A stretch of DNA of 64,000 nt from Balamuthia mandrillaris (lineage: Eukaryota): positions 124,001 to 188,000 of the forward strand of contig JAVKOQ020000033.1 in the NCBI GenBank assembly GCA_031835245.2, read 5' to 3'. This document shows, piece by piece, positions 62,346-64,000 of the stretch. Both the position numbers and the translations under genes were made by a program. How positions within the stretch are numbered: position 1 is the stretch's first letter; each line of letters opens with the position of its first letter. The notes under the pieces were generated by a model that was not told the DNA's origin, ran no database searches, and saw nothing but the letters and a program-made list of their open reading frames with translations.

Positions 62346-62842
62346 ATGAGAAGAAACGTGGTGGTGGGTGCCGCGCTTCCCAGACCTCGCGCTACGTTGA
62401 GGGACTTTTCAAGCGGTAGTGGTAGTAGTGGCAGGTGGACCTACAACAGGCATTGCATCGGCTATGTTGGTTGTTCCAACGGCCTGAGCCGATCGGCCAC
62501 CGCAACCTCAACCCATCTTCGTTCTCTCCTTCCCTCTTCTTCTTCTCCTTCCCTCTTCAGCAGTCGGCTTTGCTTTTCTACATCGCAGGTACGCGGTTTC
62601 TTTTTTATAGTTGATCGATAACCATCTTTTTCACATTTTCTTTTTTTTTTTAAAAAAAAAAAGGAGAAGAAAAAGGAAGGTGACAGCAACAAAGTGAGAC
62701 GCGTGGACATCAACGAGCTCAAGGCGTATGTGCGAAGGTGCATGTTGGCTGTTGGTTGCTCCCAGGATAAAGCGGATACCGTGGCCGAGATTTTGGTGGA
62801 GGCCGACGTCCGTGGCGTGCACAGCCATGGACTCAACCGTTT

Positions 62843-62888
<46 letters not shown>

Positions 62889-64000
62889 TTGCTCTCTCTT
62901 CGCCTCTACCATTTTTTGTCTTATTCTGTCTTCCGGCGTTTGTCTTCTTCACTCTTTTATCGCTATAAGGGAGATGTATGTACATGAATTGCAACAAGGC
63001 GAAGCGGACGCGAAGGCAATGCCGGAAATAGTGCAAGAGACAGCTTCCACAGCATGTGTGGACGGCCACAATGGAGTAGGCATGTACGTCGCCAAGTTTT
63101 GCATGGAGCTTGCCATCAAGAAAGCCAAGCAATCCGGCATAGGTGACCTCCTTCACTTTTGTTCATTTGCCATTTTCTTCTCTTCTCTGTTATCAACCCT
63201 TGTCATTTTTTTTGCCTCATGAACAGGGTGGGTGGTGACCAGAGGTAGTAACCACTATGGCATAGCAGGATATTACGCCATGATGGCCTCCAAACAAAAC
63301 ATGATAGGCATGAGCTTCACCAACACATCGCCGCTGGTATTCCCCACAAGAGCTGCCAAAGCTGCCCTTGGCACTAATCCCATTGCCGTTGCTGCTCCCA
63401 CCAAGGACCCCGAAGGTTATTCTCATGCCCACTCTTTTTTTTTGTTTTTTGTTTTGTTTGTTTATATCTGGTACTGTTGCTGTTCTCGTTCATGACAACA
63501 CACATACAGATCCATTTGTATTGGACATGGCCACATCAGGCGTGGCCATCGGCAAAGTGGAATGGAAGGACAGAGAGCAAAAGTCAGTGCCGATGGGGTG
63601 GGGCGTCAACGCGCAAGGCATCCCCACCACCGACCCTAAGATGATTTTGGACGGAGGAGGCCTCATGCCTGTAGGTGGTCCCGAGGAAACAGCTGGATAC
63701 AAAGGGTTTGTTTTATTCTTTCCACTTTCGTTCTGTTTCATTTTTTTCTCACCTATTTTAAATGAACTTTTAGATATGGATTGGCGATGATGGTGGAATT
63801 GTTCTGTGGAGTGTTGGCCGGTTCCGAGTTTGGCGTCAACATCCCACCATGGAGGCAAGGCAGGGGCAAAGCCGCCAACCTGGGTCAATGCTTTGTTTGT
63901 TTGGACCCTTCCGTGTTTGGCGATGCGAACGCCTTTCTCGATCGCTCCTCCGCGTTGATGCAGCAAATGAGACAGCTGCCTGCGGTTCAAAAGGACAGGC
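62346..64000 (+). CDS. Type-2 malate/L-lactate dehydrogenase (Ldh_2) family oxidoreductase with mitochondrial-like presequence, 3' end outside window
   Basis: '[15 protein letters not shown]', 'VDGHNGVG', '[12 protein letters not shown]', 'FTNTSP', '[11 protein letters not shown]', '[13 protein letters not shown]' and '[12 protein letters not shown]'. Confidence 0.9.

Overview
This is gene-dense, intron-rich eukaryotic DNA. Introns are short GT-AG with (CT)n microsatellites. The gene content and style suggest an amoebozoan protist such as Balamuthia or a relative, which is an inference only. About 28 protein genes can be reconstructed by hand. They include a ~13.6 kb IP3-receptor-like channel, PDHB, GSKIP, RasGEF, a membrane-anchored DNase I, FAAH-like amidase, SUA5, DHDDS, a C2-DH-PH RhoGEF, ICMT, F-box/JmjC, MSH6, a ZNRF-type RING protein, an EF-hand sensor, two secreted Gly/Asp-repeat proteins, Ras, an intronless RNR small subunit, a BAHD acyltransferase and an Ldh_2 dehydrogenase. 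There is also one tRNA-Ser(CGA). The main find is an apparently intact 2,639-bp PIF/Harbinger-superfamily (PHIS) DNA transposon at 57699-60337, with 13-bp perfect TIRs and an ATT target-site duplication. It carries a DDE_Tnp_4 transposase and a divergent gene for a Myb/SANT protein whose C-terminal domain resembles an alpha-crystallin/HSP20 fold, with an inverted array of 11-bp repeats between the two genes. Other notable signals are a U12-type AT-AC intron and a GRF zinc finger in MSH6, an IP3R pore lacking the GGGxGD filter, and a TGTCGAC(A) motif concentrated in promoters. All product calls come from motif recognition by eye, no database was searched, and exon boundaries are manual.
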